Below the pieces are notes generated by a model. It made no database searches and was not told the origin of the DNA. It worked only from the letters and a program-made list of their open reading frames with translations. Source: Vicugna vicugna (Eukaryota). Taken from it: 60,460 nt of DNA. The position numbers and the translations under genes are program-made. Shown in pieces: positions 28,143 to 42,859 of the stretch. Position 1 is the first letter of the stretch, and each line of letters begins with the position of its first letter. The DNA lies in the NCBI GenBank assembly GCA_013265495.1, contig MU058198.1, positions 4,405,579-4,466,038 of the forward strand. Direction: 5' to 3'.

Positions 28143-28889
28143 CGATTTTTGTTTCTTTTTTTTAATCTCATTTTATTGTTCAGTTTTATCACAGATAAGA
28201 GCAGTAGAGGGCCTTGCCTAACATCACGTAACTATGGACAGATCCAGGGCTAGATGTTGGCCTCCTGGCCTCCTACCCACCATCCCTCCCCACCTTCCCA
28301 ATCCAGGTTCCTGTATAGGGGTGGTCCTTGGTTGCTTGATTTTAATTCCTTTTGTCTCTTTAATTGGAGGCATTCCCCAGACTCCATCTTCAGTCCTGGT
28401 GAATATCCATATAATGGTAGGTGACCTCATCCGTCTTACCTTCCGATGTGAATAAGTCCTGGTGACCTGTCTTTGCTTTCAGGATCCCACACCTGGGGAA
28501 AAGGCGTCCCATTCCCCCTGTTTCCACACGTTCCGGGTGTGTACCATTCACTCACTTTGCTCCATCTGTGTATTCTTTGATTCAGCAAGCCTCGATTCAG
28601 CAGCCCGTGAGAGATGGTGGGCTAAGTGAATTTTGACCAGAGATCGTGTCACTTTGGAGCAGGCCAGGCAATGTGCCAGTTTTCAGTGTGTTGACCGCAG
28701 CCGTCCCTTGATGGGTTCAAATCCTGCCCACCACCCTCATTTTGCTAGTAATCAACTTTTAACCCATGCAGAATCAGCAGCAGCCTCTGTTTGTCAATTG
28801 CTCACGTCTTACATTATTTTTTAATTAGTACTTACATGACAAAACCATGTGGATGATGATAATTTCAGTAATGATAATGATTGTAAATT

Positions 28890-29110
28890 CTTAGAATTTG
28901 ATTTCTTATGTAGCAGGCGCTATTTTGCGAGTTTCACGTATATTAACATATTTAATCATCACCACATCCCACGAGGTAGGTCCTAGGGCTGTCCTGGTTT
29001 TACAGGTAAGGGGACTGACGCACCAAGGGATTAGGCTTCTTGCTCACAGCCTCACAGCTATGAAGCGTCAAGCCAGGATCCAAACCTGGGCGACAAAATG
29101 CAGGCGTTTG
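28890..29110 (-). mobile_element. MIR
   Basis: ttttacaggtaaggggactgacgcac...gccaggatccaaacctgg. Confidence 0.6.
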
Positions 29111-29999
29111 TGCTCACAGACATGCTTCTATCCTGAATAAATAGTGTGCAATCCGGTCATTAGTGCCACGTAAGCCTTAACGCACCCCCCAGAAAGAATT
29201 AACATTGGTTCTTGTCTTGCAGCATGGTTGTATAAATACAGAAATCATTTTACATATTGTTAAAGTGATGAATTTTTGATACCTTGTATATGACAAAGGC
29301 ACAATGTATATGCTGCAGTAGTGTACATAATATTTTGTGACAATTGTGTACTTATATAGATTGTTTTTTGACTAGTTTTTTAATTCAAGAAATAATGTCA
29401 CGTGCTGAATTTTTTTAAAAATCAGTTCAAAAGGGTAGACAAAGAAAAATAAGTCTCTCATCTACTCCAGACCTTGGCCTCTAACCTGAGAAGCAACATT
29501 GCTGTGTTCTAGAATTCTCCTACACATACATAAATGCGGAGAAAGGGATTTTTTTTCACTAAAGGCAGATGGGAGCGTACTATACACATTCTTCTCTACC
29601 TTACTTTTCAGGGGTTTATTTTAGGGATCATTTCTGTCTATCTTCCTTTCTTGTTTTCACAGCTGTCAGTGTTTCATTATATGAACATGCCAGAATTTAT
29701 TTAACCCCAAATGCTGGCTTTCCAGATCCTTCCTCTTATACATAAAGCTGCAGTAAATGCTCTTGCATCTTTGCGTGCACAAGCGAGCCTGTCTGTAGGA
29801 CAGGTTGCTGGCAGTGAGCTTGCTAGATTCCAGGCTGAGTGTTAACAATGAATGGACAGTGCCCAGTTGCCTTTTGAGGAGCTGTACTGGTTTATGCTCC
29901 ATCAGGACTGCACTCAGGCTTCCGTTAATCTGCGCTGGGTATTATCAAATGTCAAGCCTTGACTGGTTTGAAATAGGATGTTTTATTTTGCATATATAA

Positions 30000-30236
<237 letters not shown>

Positions 30237-30979
30237 TGAGTGCCTGCTTGTGGGCAGCTTGGGCCCCACGTGGGCCACTGGGCCATCGTACTAGGGAAAT
30301 CCAAGCCCTGGGCTGCCATCTTGGTATGGAAAATATAAACTTACATTTCTATTATTATAATTTTTTATTATGCCATTTTTCAAACAACGTCAAAGTCGAG
30401 CAAACAGTTAAAGTGAACACCCATTTTGTTCCATCAGCCAGCTTCAGTAATTAATGTTTTGTCATTGTCATTTTCTTTACCCTCTTCCCCGAAATTTTTG
30501 TTGGTGTTGTCATTGGAATATTTTAAGGCAATCCCAGACAGTATATCATTTCCCCCATAAATACTTCAGTGTGAATCTCCTACCACTAAGGACCTTCCCC
30601 CTGCCACACCCCACTCCCGGGAGAATGGTAATACCATTATCAAACCTCACAAATCGACACTAACTCCTTCATAGCATCTAACACCCAACTCATGTTCAGT
30701 TTTCCTTGATCATCTAGAAAAAAAAGTTCATGGTGTATTTGAATCAGGATCCAAACATGGTTCACACTTTGTGTTTGACTGATAGGTTCCTTAAAATCTC
30801 TTGGAATCTATAGTAGTCCCCCTCCCCTACCGACGTATAAATTTTTTTCTGAAGAGACACTTCCCACCCCTTCTCCAGTTCAAATAGGTTAGTTTTTACG
30901 TGGTTTACATTACGTCACCACTAGGGCTCTTGTAAAAACTGTTGCTTGTAGAAAAGTTTCTTCCTGTATTTCTTTTTAA

Positions 30980-31294
<315 letters not shown>

Positions 31295-32041
31295 TAGCTC
31301 CCTGATAAATGCTGTGAATTAAAGGCTTAGCTGCCTGCATCCTTTAATGTAAAGAAAACCAAAAAATCAACAAGAAATCCACCCCCTAACTAGTCTTATT
31401 TTGAAACGAGTTAACCCGCTAATATAAGGTAAACACTGACAGCACCTTGAGAGTAACTCATTAGCTACTTAGCCAAGATAAGGTTTATGCCAAAACAGGC
31501 TGTCTCAGGCGGAATAAGCAGTTACACCTCTGAAGTGGAAATCTTGCCTAATCACTGTGTTTTGGAGAAAGAGGAGAAATAACATTACCCAAGGGCTTCT
31601 AAGGGGAAAAAAATCTGCTTGCAGATTTTTAAGTGAATGTTTCCCCTCATTATAAAAGAAATACATGCGTGTGTTTCTGGAATAATTTTGTAGCAAAGTG
31701 CATGGCATATAAAGCCATTGTGCAGTCTGTAGCTGCAGCCTCCAAAGACAGCTGTTTATAAATGGGGGTGTGTCTTTTTCTCTGTGTATATAAAGATAAA
31801 TTTTTGTTGATATATAGATTTCTATTTTTTGAATCAGTAGATGGACATTACATATATTTGTCTGTAAACCACTATCCTTTTTGAAAAATTTGACAATAGA
31901 TTGTGTTTATCTTTACATATCAAGACATTCAGATGAATCAATAAAAAATGTAAAAAAAAAAAGACATTCAGGGCTACTATATTCCTGTTTAATGATGTTT
32001 AGTATTTATATTGATATGTAGGTATGTTACATGAATGTTAG

Positions 32042-32545
32042 TTTCTTTATTGAAGTATAATTGACGTACATTATATTAGTTTCAGGTGTACAACAGGATG
32101 ATTTGATATTTGTACATATTGTGGAATCACAGTAAGTCTAGTTAACATCCATGACCACACATAGCTACAGAATTTTTTTTTCTCATGATGAGAACTTTTA
32201 AGATAAACTCTTAGCAGCTTTCAAATATTGCGGTATAGTATTATTACCCTGTAGTTACCATGTTGTACATTACATCCCTGTGACTTACTTATTTTACAAC
32301 TGTAAGTTTGTACCTTTTGGCTCCTGAACCCCCCTCACCCATTTCACACCTCCCTGCCACCTCTGGCAACCACCAACCTGTGCTGTTCTGTTTTATTTTG
32401 TTTAGATTCCACATATAAGAGAGATCACATGGTATTTGTCTTTCTCTGTCTCACTTATTTCCCTTAGCATAATGCCCTTAGGTTTCATCCCTGTTGTCAC
32501 AAGTGGCAAGATTTTGTTCTTTTTCGTGGCTGAATAATATTCCAT

Positions 32546-32588
<43 letters not shown>

Positions 32589-32643
32589 CACACTTACATT
32601 TTCTTTATCCATTCATCCCTTGATGGACACTTAGGTTGTTTCC
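32042..32643 (-). mobile_element. L1 3' end containing (TA)18 at 32549..32584
   Basis: tttattgaagtataattgac...agattccacatataagagagatc...gatggacacttaggttg. Confidence 0.85.
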
Positions 32644-34261
32644 TTGATAATAATAACTTTAAAGATATTAGAAAGTAATGCCTGCAGGAGAACATTTTCT
32701 TGTGGGGTCTTGTTTTTTATTTTGTTTTGTTGTAGTTTCCATTATAAATCACTCTGGAGGGAGCCTCACCATACCATCTCTGGACAGTGTTAGTGCCAGC
32801 TTAAGTCTTTTTCCATGATTTCTTTGTCCTTCCTGATTTGTGCTTCCCCTTGCCTTTGGGGACCTAGTTTTTGGCCTCTTGCAATATAATGAGAATTTTT
32901 GGTTTTGCTTCTTCATCAAACTTCCTGTTAACTTTTAGAAGTATCACTATTTTTTCCAAGTATGTCCATCAAGGCCTTGACTGTCGTGAAAGTGTTGTCT
33001 CCACGTGATTGGGTCAGTGGTTTCTGGATTCTTCTAGAATTTTCCTTTCCCACAGGCTGATTTTCATTTGCTACATATCAAGGCGACTATTTTGAATAGT
33101 CTAGGCCTGGCGTCTGTAATGGAAGTGCTCTGGCTACTCTTCCGGAGACCCAGGGGGGAATCGGACTGGCATCCACCACAAGGGACGCAAGTTTCTTCTA
33201 GGTAGTAATTAGTCTCTCGTTGCTGTGGGCTCCTGCAGACAGCCACACGTGTCCTAACAGGCAGGTGATGAGGCGGGACGGGCTTTGGTCTGTCCACCCC
33301 TGGCTGACCAGTCCTCCCAGCTCTGCGGATGCCTCGTAATTGGTGGGTACATTTGCCCAGGGCTCTTGCCAGGTACCCTGTATAAAAAGAAGTCGAAGGC
33401 TGGCCTGTTGATTTGACAAATGCCAAGTGCCTGCTGGGCACCACACACTTTTCGTAGCACAAGAGTTACAACAGTGATCAAAATGGGCCAAAAGTTGTGC
33501 CTGCCTTTCTGGAGCTCACCTCGGGGGAGCAGCTTCACAGTCTGGTGTCTCTTATAGTTGAACTTGGTCATAACCGTGCTGGCGCCTTCATCATGGTGCT
33601 GGGCACTTCATGGATACTCATTCTCACTTCCATGTGACTCTTAGGCCTGCTGACCAAGACAGGAGCGAAACACAAATACAGGAACACGTACTGTGCACAG
33701 CCCCCACCCCTGTACACGCAGGTGCGCACAGACACACACACGCACGCACGCACGGACGCATGCACACACACAGCCTGGACAGGTGGCAGTACCAGAATGT
33801 TAACAGTGGCTATTGTGAATAGTGGCACATGGACCATCTTTTATTTTTCTTCTTTATCCTTTCTGGAAATACCTGCGTTTCCCCACCCCCCTCCCCACCT
33901 TGGGCACATATCTCAACAGAAAACATTTTAAAAATCTGTTTCATATGTTTGTGCATGTTTCTCTGTGTGTGTGTATACATTTAAAATTTACATTTAAAGT
34001 GATTTTTTTAAAAAAAAAAATCATACAAGCACATGATAGGAAAAAAAAAAGAAGAAGAAAGTCGTAGAGTGAAAACCAGACAAAACCCTTGGTCCACCAC
34101 CCTCACTGCCAGTCCACGACCTTCTGTTCTAAGAGACAATCACCATTACCAGTTGTTGTTTCTGTATTTTCCAAAAGTAGTCTCTGAATATACAAACGTA
34201 TGTATTCCTGTTTCTTTACATTGATAGTAATATGTGGTGCTTATTACTTACTAAACAACTT

Positions 34262-34433
34262 GCTTCTTAATTTTTTTATTTTAATTTTTAAAGTTTGTAA
34301 TGGTCTTTTTAAAACCATTTATTTAATTTATTTATTTTTACTTTCCCCCTTAACAGAGGCACTGGGCATGAAACCCAGGACCTCGTGCGTGCCAAGCGTG
34401 CACTCTACCACTGAGCTGTACCCCCAGCCCCCC
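34262..34433 (-). mobile_element. tRNA-Ala-derived SINE (vic-1-like)
   Basis: tRNA head on - strand; TSD aacttgctt. Confidence 0.85.
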
Positions 34434-34808
34434 GTAACTTGCTTTTTAAATTCCACGCTATGTCTTAGCGGCTCTGGCTGTTTCATGTCAGTACGTGCAA
34501 ACAGTAGGCCCTTTCACATGGCTGTGCGGTAGCCTGTTGTATGCATGTGTTCTAATCTCCTCAACCCGTCTCTTCTAGTTTACAGGGTTTTTTGCTGTTA
34601 CTACATTGCAGCTATGATGCTGCAGTGAGATTTCTTGAACTCGTACAGGGTAAATTCTTAAAGCGGAATTGCTGAGCCAAAAGATACACATTTTAAACAT
34701 TGATAGAAGGGAGCAAATTGCTCTTCAGTGAGGCTGTGCTCTTTTGTAATCCTCCTGGTAACGCATGAGAGCGCCTCTTTTCTAGCGCCTTGCTAAAATG
34801 TGTGTCAG

Positions 34809-35528
34809 CTTTTTTTATTGAAGTATAATTGATTTTTAATATTGTGTTAGTTTCAGTAGATAGCAAAGTGATTCAGTTATGTTTATATATATATTTTTTC
34901 AGATTATTTTCCACTGTAGGTTATTATAAAATATTGAATATGGTTCCCTGTGCTATCCAGTAAATCTTTGTTACTTATCTATTTTATATATAGTAGTTTG
35001 TATCTGTTACATTCCTAATTTATTCCTCCCACCTCCCTTTCCCCTTTGTAACCGTAAGTTTGTTTTCTATGTCTGTGGGTCTGTTTCTGTTTTGTACATA
35101 GACTCCTTTGTATTTATCATACAATATTTGTCTTTCTCTGTCTGACTTATTTCACTAAGTATAATACTCTCTAGGTCCATCCATGTTGCTCCAAATGGCA
35201 ATATTTCTTTCTTTTCTATGGCCAAATAATATTCTTATATATACATACACATACACACACCCTCCACATCTTCTTAAGCCAGTCATCTGTTGCTGGGCAC
35301 TTGGGTTGTTTCCATGTTTGGCTGTTGTGTATAGTGCTGCTGTGAACGTTGGGGTGCATGTGTCTTTTCGAACTGAGAATTTTCATCTTTTCTGGGTATG
35401 CCCAGGAGCAAGAGTGCTGGATTATGTGGTAACTCTGCTTTTAGTTTTTTAAGGAACCTCCATATTGGTCTCCATAGTGGCTGTACCAGTTCCATTCCCA
35501 CCAACAATACAGGAGGTTTCCCTGTATC
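34809..35528 (-). mobile_element. L1 3' fragment
   Basis: ORF 35283..35549 has ELVQPLWR...FLKKLK (ORF2 C-terminus); 3' UTR motifs; flanking tcagc(t/c)ttt. Confidence 0.9.
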
Positions 35529-35875
35529 AGCCTTTGTGATCTTTGTCAACTGTTAGTTGAAAACATAGCTTGTATTGTAATTTACATTTCTCTTTGCATA
35601 AACGAGATGGAAAAGCCCTTGTTTTGCTTCCTCAGTGAACTGGTCTTTTACCCACCTCTTAAATAAGTTTTAAAAGCTTTTCTTGTTGAAGTGTAACAGC
35701 TCTTTATATAGCAAGGAAATCTACCGTTGGTCGTTTGTATCACAAATATTTTTTCTAGCTTGTCATTTGTCATTTTTGACCTTGCTTATGGTAATTTTCC
35801 TTCATGTCAAGAAAAATAAGCTAAAGTGGACCCACACCATGCAGACTGTTCTGTAGCCTGCCTCTTTTCCCCTAG

Positions 35876-36082
<207 letters not shown>

Positions 36083-36959
36083 TGACTTCACCGTTGCTGA
36101 CCTGACCTAGATATAGAAAGAACGTAAGACAACTGGAGCTTTGGACCCAGGCAGAACTAGAGGATCGTATCCATGTATCCATGAGCATGGCCGGAGAACT
36201 AGCTGTTACATCCTCTGTGTCTTTGCAGCACACAAACCAGGAGAACCATTCAGATAAACCACATGTATCAAAACAAACCCACATTGCTTTAGAGGTTGAC
36301 TGTGGTGTTTCCTCAGGTGGAAGGTAAAGACCTTGAGTCTTGTTATAATCTTCTTTTTTCTTTCTCTTTTTTTGTTTTTTTGGTCTTACTATAATCTTAA
36401 TAAAAGGAACCAATGTTTGTCTTTTTAATCGGCTTGTAACCAGGTTGACTAGATGTTAAACACACAGTGTGTCTCTAATAGACCCCTGCAGCTGCAGGTT
36501 GAATGTCTCCCTCTCATCTTCTCTGTAAGGTGGGTTTCCCCGGCCTGGCTGAGTCCGGCCCCGAGGACAGAGCGCGGAGCCTGTCTCAGCATGTCCTGTT
36601 GCCTTGGTCTTGACCCAGTTCCTCCTTTACGCTGCCCATGTTGACCTCCCTTACCCCGGGCGGATACCGCTCCCGTGGGCATCTCTGAGACCAGCGTAGT
36701 TCCCAGTTCTGGTCCTTCTTGTCAGAGGTGCGCTCGGGCTTCCTGCAGATGTGTCTGGCATAGGGCTTCAGGCAGGTGTCAGTTACAAAACAAAGAGCTT
36801 GGCAGAGGCCAGGACGTCTGCTGTGTGAAAACTCCAGGTTCTTAACCGCCCGCTTTGGGCTTATCTTCCTGCTAGTTTATAAATTTGCCCAGCTGGGCAG
36901 TTCAGCCCACAGAATCCTTTTGAATCGTTTTTTATTTAAAAATCGTTTATTAGTGTGTG

Positions 36960-37217
36960 TTTTCTTTTTCTGTTGAAGTATAGTTGATTGACAATGTTGT
37001 GTTAGTTTCAGGTCTACAGCAAAGTGGTTCAATTATACATATACATACATATTCTTTTTCAGATTCTTTTCCATTATAGGTTATTATAGAATATTGAATA
37101 TAGTCATATACAACTATACAGAAATTAGGAGTTTGGGATTAACAGATGCACACTGCTGTATGTAAAATAGATAAACCGCAAGGACCTACTGTATAGCACA
37201 GGGAACTGTATCCAATA
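36960..37217. mobile_element. 5'-inverted L1 3' end
   Basis: Antisense L1 tail to ~37104, then the adjacent L1 segment in sense orientation (37121..37217). Confidence 0.75.
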
Positions 37218-38039
37218 TTAGTGTATTTTTATCCTACTATTATCCCCCATTTTTAAAAACAATGTAATTTTCAGTGTAATTAAGAGACTTTGGAAACGTC
37301 TAAAAAAATATATGACAAAGAAAAAAAAATCACCCACACGCCCGTCACTCGGAGATAAGCCTTGGTAACTTTTTCCTTCCATTCTTTTTCTAGCTCTGGT
37401 TTGTTTTTAGCAGAATGGAATTTATATATTTATGTAACCTTGATTCCTCATCTTTTAACGAAACATTACAACATACCCATTTCCCCTTGCTATTAAAAAC
37501 TCTCTCTGTTAATGGCTTTATATTCTGTCATGAGGCTATGTTTGAATATACTTAATTTTCCACATTTTTAGAAATACAGGTGGTTTGTAATACTATTGAG
37601 TTAATTTTGGTTTTTATAAAGTAATAATATATTGAACGTTTTGATGTAAGGGACTTCTTCGGCCCTCTTTCTGCCTGGCTGCTTGGTGACAGTCAGTTAC
37701 TTGTATGTTATTTGGGGAAGGTCTGTCTGCATTTGCTCAAAGTTCAACATGTGAAGAATAGACTTTCTCGGTGTTTACTGCGGAGAGTCCATAAACTGTT
37801 AGTGTTTCCCAATCCCTGTAAAACTATCCATAAACACAGTCTCATCCAACCTCTTGTTTCCTTGTGAAATCTCATCTTACACAAGAGACCAGAGCCTCAG
37901 TGATCGGACCTGCGGCCTGTGCCCCAGAGCCGGTCCCTGTGGGCCTGGGGTCCGGCAGCCTCGGATTCTCCCACCTCCGTCCTCTCTGCCCCAACCTGGG
38001 AGAGTCCCCTGACAGCGATTGTGTGTTTCCTTCCCTCAG

Positions 38040-38062
38040 GTTTGAAGGAAATAACTTACTGA
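38040..38062 (+). CDS. LCMT1: LCMT1 exon 11 coding part: (G)LKEITY-stop
   Basis: tttccttccctcAG acceptor, then GT TTG AAG GAA ATA ACT TAC TGA, the known LCMT1 C-terminus. Confidence 0.94.
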
Positions 38063-38235
38063 TCTGTTCAAGACTCGTGCTGAGCCAGAGCTGAACCCAC
38101 TGACCTCTCCAGAGCTGACCCTCCAAGTTTCCTGATCGGTGGTCAGGCCCCGGCTACCAGTGTCACCCGCACTCCGAGGGACCTCAGTTACTGGGGTTGT
38201 CGTCCCAGCTCCTGTTCATGTTGGCTCATCAGTTA

Positions 38236-38241
38236 AATAAA
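38236..38241 (+). terminator. Polyadenylation signal of LCMT1 (3' UTR about 200 nt)
   Basis: AATAAA 174 nt after the stop, followed about 20 nt later by CA and a GU-rich stretch (tgtgttggg). Confidence 0.8.
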
Positions 38242-38537
38242 TTTCAGTTGCCAATTGCCAATGTGTTGGGCCTCTGCCGTTTACCGTTCGCTCCCCTGGG
38301 TGGGCTGTGGTTCACCTCTGTGTCAGCTAAAACCAAAGATCCAGAATCCGACCTTGACCTTGGCTCACTGCCTGTGAGTCAGACAGCGCACGCCCTTGCA
38401 TCCGTCGTAGGATTTACCCCCGTGTGCACTTGTCTGCAGCACCTGGCCTTGCATTCAGCACCTTGACCAGGTGCTGGAGCTCGTCTCAGCGCCCGTTTCT
38501 GCCCTAGCCTGCTTCCGTCCTCCTTCATCTTGTTCCT

Positions 38538-39020
38538 TGTGGCAGGCTGAATCTTGGCCCTCTAAAATGTTCCCTCCCGATCCCCCAAACTGTGGACATG
38601 TTGCCTTACGTGGCAAAAGGGGCTTTGCAGTGTGATTAAGTTAAGGATCTTGAGGTGGGAGGTTATCCGGGAGCGTCCAGGTGGGCCCAGTGTAATCACA
38701 GGGGTCCTTCCTTCAAAGGGGAGGCAGGAGGACCAGCATCAGGGGGAGGTGTGATGCCGGAAGCAGAGACCAGAATGTTGCGCTTTGCAGATGGAGGAAA
38801 AGGCAGAAGTTGAGGACCACAGGAGGCCACCAGATGCTACAACGGGCAGGAAAACATTCTCAGGTCCTCCAGAAGGAACCAGCCCTGCCGACACTTTGAC
38901 TTTAGCCCAGCAAAACTGATTTGTGATTATGACCGCCAGAACAGTAAGAGAATGAATGTGTGTTATTTTCAGCCACTTAAGTTTGTGATCATTTGTTACA
39001 GCAGCAAGAGGAAACTAATA
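38538..39020 (+). mobile_element. MaLR LTR (MLT1C/D-like)
   Basis: tgtggcaggctgaat...ggcaaaaggggctttgcagtgtgattaagttaaggatcttgag...ttgttacagcagcaagaggaaactaata. Confidence 0.88.
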
Positions 39021-41185
39021 GAGTTATGCTACAGATGCAAAGGGCTCCCGGGGACCTACTGCACAATTTGAAAACATAAGGCCCATCCACGCCTGATGAA
39101 ATTTTTGGTTATCTGACTGGGGCTGTGAACAGGAACCTGCATACGCAGAACGACAGTGAGGAAGCCCCCCGCCCTCTCCTCTCCTAGAGAGACTCCAGCC
39201 CCTCACTCCACCTCCCAGAATCTCTAGATCAGCGTTCCCTAGAGTGTGGGCTGCACCCCACTACGCAACGGGGTGCCCACTGACAGGCGTTGACACACTG
39301 ATGCAGCGTGAAATGACATTGAGTCACTCAGTGAGAACGTTGCTTCCTTTTCAGTTATCTTTCACATCTTAAGTTCAAGGAGAAGATCTCAGGCTGGTAC
39401 TGGTGTGTCTTTAACCCTAATGTTCACTAATCCAATGTTTTTAAAACCATGAGACGAAGCCATTCGTGGATGAATGCACTTAATGGATCAAATCCATTGT
39501 TTTAAAAAAAAATAGAAAATGTCATAGCATAGCCCATTACCATCAGTAAGGGTGAGGTTTTCTGGAACTTGTTTTGTTTTTACGTGCGTATACATGTACC
39601 ACGTTAGCATTGTTCTAATGTTTCGATTTTGGCTTTGATCAGAGGTGAAGGTCAGAGGGTGATAGCACTTCACCAGTTGCAGCAGCAGCATCTGGCTAAA
39701 ATTTAAAAAACACTCTGGCTTCAATGCTATTTCTGGTTTTCCTTGTATTTATTTTTATGGATTATGTTCTGTTCGAGGCTCATGATTCACCATTACTGTT
39801 GATGGTTATGTTATCAAATATCCCATAAAGTATCTATCGATTTCTTCCTAAAAGTGGGTCCACTGAAAGGCAATGACTAAGAAAATAATGGCGGTGCAGC
39901 ACCGACACCGCAGAAATGATGGAGGTGGTACGTTTGGAAACCCGGAAGTTGAGAAGGACCACGCGAGGGAGTGGCTTTCTGGCTTTTATAATGCAAGATG
40001 GGCAAGAGAGAAAGAAACTGGAAAGCATTTAGATCACCGGTCACCCAATGTGGAGTCGTTTTGATTGTGTTTGCTCTACTGCACAGAGAATATGTTTGCA
40101 TAATATCAAAATGTATGAAGCTCAAAGCAGAGTCCAACTATATTTTCATCTTAGAGTTTTTTACTGTTTTTGAGGGGGAGGAGGAGAAGGCATGGATGGT
40201 CATAAATAGAATGTCTGCTATGGGCAGAATCTATATTTTTATTCTGCTTTACTTTTTTATACCCCTTCTTGTTCCACAAAAGGAATTGAGATAGACAGTA
40301 AAACTAAGTCAACATGAAAAGCAAAAATAAATGCTTTGGGGAGCTGGAACGTGAGTTTTTTTTTTTTAAAAAAAAGGCCCACAGATGTGTGTATTTTATT
40401 GTCTCATACAAGTCTTAGAAGTGGGCTATAAATTTGACTCCTGCGAAGTCCTCACAAGGATTGAAGTAGGATTCAGTTTCCATAAAATCAGCCAGCCTCA
40501 TGCTCAAGAGAAGCACAATCCTCCGTGCACAGAGACCCAGGAGTCTTCCCCTGGGCATCCTCGGTGGGGTCTCTGAGAATGCTTGGGGTCTGCGCTTGTA
40601 GCTGCTGCTCCAAGTCCCCTTGCTGCAACCTGCCCGAGTGCAATTGCATGCGGCCAAGCCAGCACAGTCTAATGATACAGTCCTGGGATGCTGGAGTTCC
40701 TAGAGGAGTAGAATTTAGAAGATCTGAGGAAAATGAAAGGCCTGCAGAACTGATGTGCCTGAATATTGTTCCTGAAAGCTGGACAGTTTATACAAGATTC
40801 CATGGCAGTGAGTTTGAGGTCAGAACCTTTGGCAAAGACCTGGAGGTCAAACTGACTGACTGGTCCAGATCAAAACGCTCGTAAGAGCCATCCAGGTGGA
40901 GGGGCTGAGTCTTCACAGGAAAAGGAAAGCTTGTACCAGAAGCAGAGCCTCATTCCGAGGTAGCTGCTGCCAATATAAAATGGGGCATCCCACACCCCTC
41001 CTTAAAAACCCTCCTTAATAGCCCTCTTCCTCTTGGTGTGAAATCAGCTCCCTCCTGTGGCCAACAAGAAGCCAAGACCCTGCGTGTTCCGGCCCCTCCT
41101 CGCCTCTCCCACCTCATTGTGCCACTCTCCTCCCTCCCGTGACGCTCTTAGCTCTGCCTGCCTTCTTTTCTTCAACCTACCAAAC

Positions 41186-41789
41186 TGTCGCAAGGGCAGG
41201 TGAGGACCACGGGGTTGGAGATGTACGAAACAGCCAGTACGCAATTCACGAGTCACTTGATTTATTGCACACAACACAGGTTAGTCAAAGTAGAGGAGGA
41301 ATAACGAACCACTCCAAGGAGAAATCCCAGAAGGAGGCATCTCAGCACGAGCAGCTGTCTCCCATTCGGCAGATTCAGCACCGCGTCTTGGCAGGTGTGA
41401 GTGGGAAGTGACCTGCTCCCACAGGGCCTCCGGCAGCATCCATCTAGAATGGCTCCCAGCAGCATGGAGTCAAGTCCTCCACCAAAGAGCCTTCAAGTCA
41501 CTTGGCTCAGTGGTGTCTTTCCAAGGAGTAACAGTTACCCTGGGGAAGGGCGTCTTGGCTCTGCCAGTTGTGTTGCCCATCAAATTTCTTCTCTGAAGTA
41601 ACATTTTAGTTTATCCCCCAAAGACACTGGCAGTCGTACAGCAGATGTTTCAAAACAATTAATATGTAAGTTTACATTGGCCACTGCGACTCCATTTTGA
41701 ACTACTTTGCATAGCTTAACATAGCTTAAATCCTATAACCTTTACATAAGATAAATAGGATTTGTAACAAAAGAAATCACATTGTAGCA
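41186..41789 (-). mobile_element. Probable ERV solo LTR
   Basis: Starts tgt, has tttattg (reverse AATAAA) about 85 nt in, interrupts L2-like sequence; right boundary uncertain. Confidence 0.45.
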
Positions 41790-42859
41790 CTCTGCTTCTG
41801 CTGACCTTTGCACCTGCTGTTTCCTTTCCTAACGCAGCCTTAGCCCTTAAAGCTTAGATTAAACATCCCCTCCCCGTTCCCTTGTGTAAACTTCCCCTGT
41901 GGTTGTAACTCGGCATCCTGTTTTTTGCCTTTATGGTCCTTGCCTGAACTTGTCATCCTTTTAATTCATTCCAGAAGTACTTATCAAGCACCTTCTGTGT
42001 AGCAGGTGCTGAGGGTCAGTGAAGCAAATGAACAAATAAATTAAAATAATTACATTGCTCAAGCGACTCAAGTACCTCAAGTGACTCCAAGTGACTCAAG
42101 ATCGTCATCATGTGAAAGATGATGCAATCCTACTTTTATCCACATGTTCGGTTTATAGCTACTCTAGGAAAACGTCCTTGGGATTCAGAGGTTGGGGGAA
42201 TCAGCTACTGCCATCAATGATGGACACCCCAGCAGGTTATGAACATGGTTCATAACACACGTTGGGCTCTTGGTTAATGTTTGTCAACTTGAAGATCAGC
42301 AGAAGAGGGGAAAAAAAGCCCCCAAGTAACAGTTCTTGCAGTCATGCAGGTACTGTTTAAGTGAGGCACTTCTCAAGGCCAGACGTGTTGAACCCCTGGA
42401 GGGGAAGGCAGATAGTCAGGGAACAAGATCCACGATCTCACTAAACTCAGTGTCGGAGAAATCACCTTACACTGTCTGCAGACAGAACCTGCTAAACTCA
42501 GTGATTAAGTGAGTAATGAAATGACCTGGGAGAGCTCTGAGAACTCAGCTAAGACCTATTATTCTGGTTTTACTCACCCATTGTTTACGGATGAGTTTGA
42601 GTGCTGGGAGGTCGGAGACCTCAGGGTGGATCATGGCTTCCCAAGGGCACAGGAGAGAGAAGGGGATGAGGGAGACCCATTAAGGAAGTGGATTGATGAG
42701 GAGGTGGTCCTTGAGGAGTGGGAAGCAGGGAATGGGAAATCATGCTCAAAGGAACATCACAGGAAACCAGGCAACCCCACTGGAAAAGTGGGTCACGAAG
42801 GGTCTCCTTCACTTGGTGCTGGTGTTGACGTGTGGCAGATGGCAAAGAATGGCCAAAAA

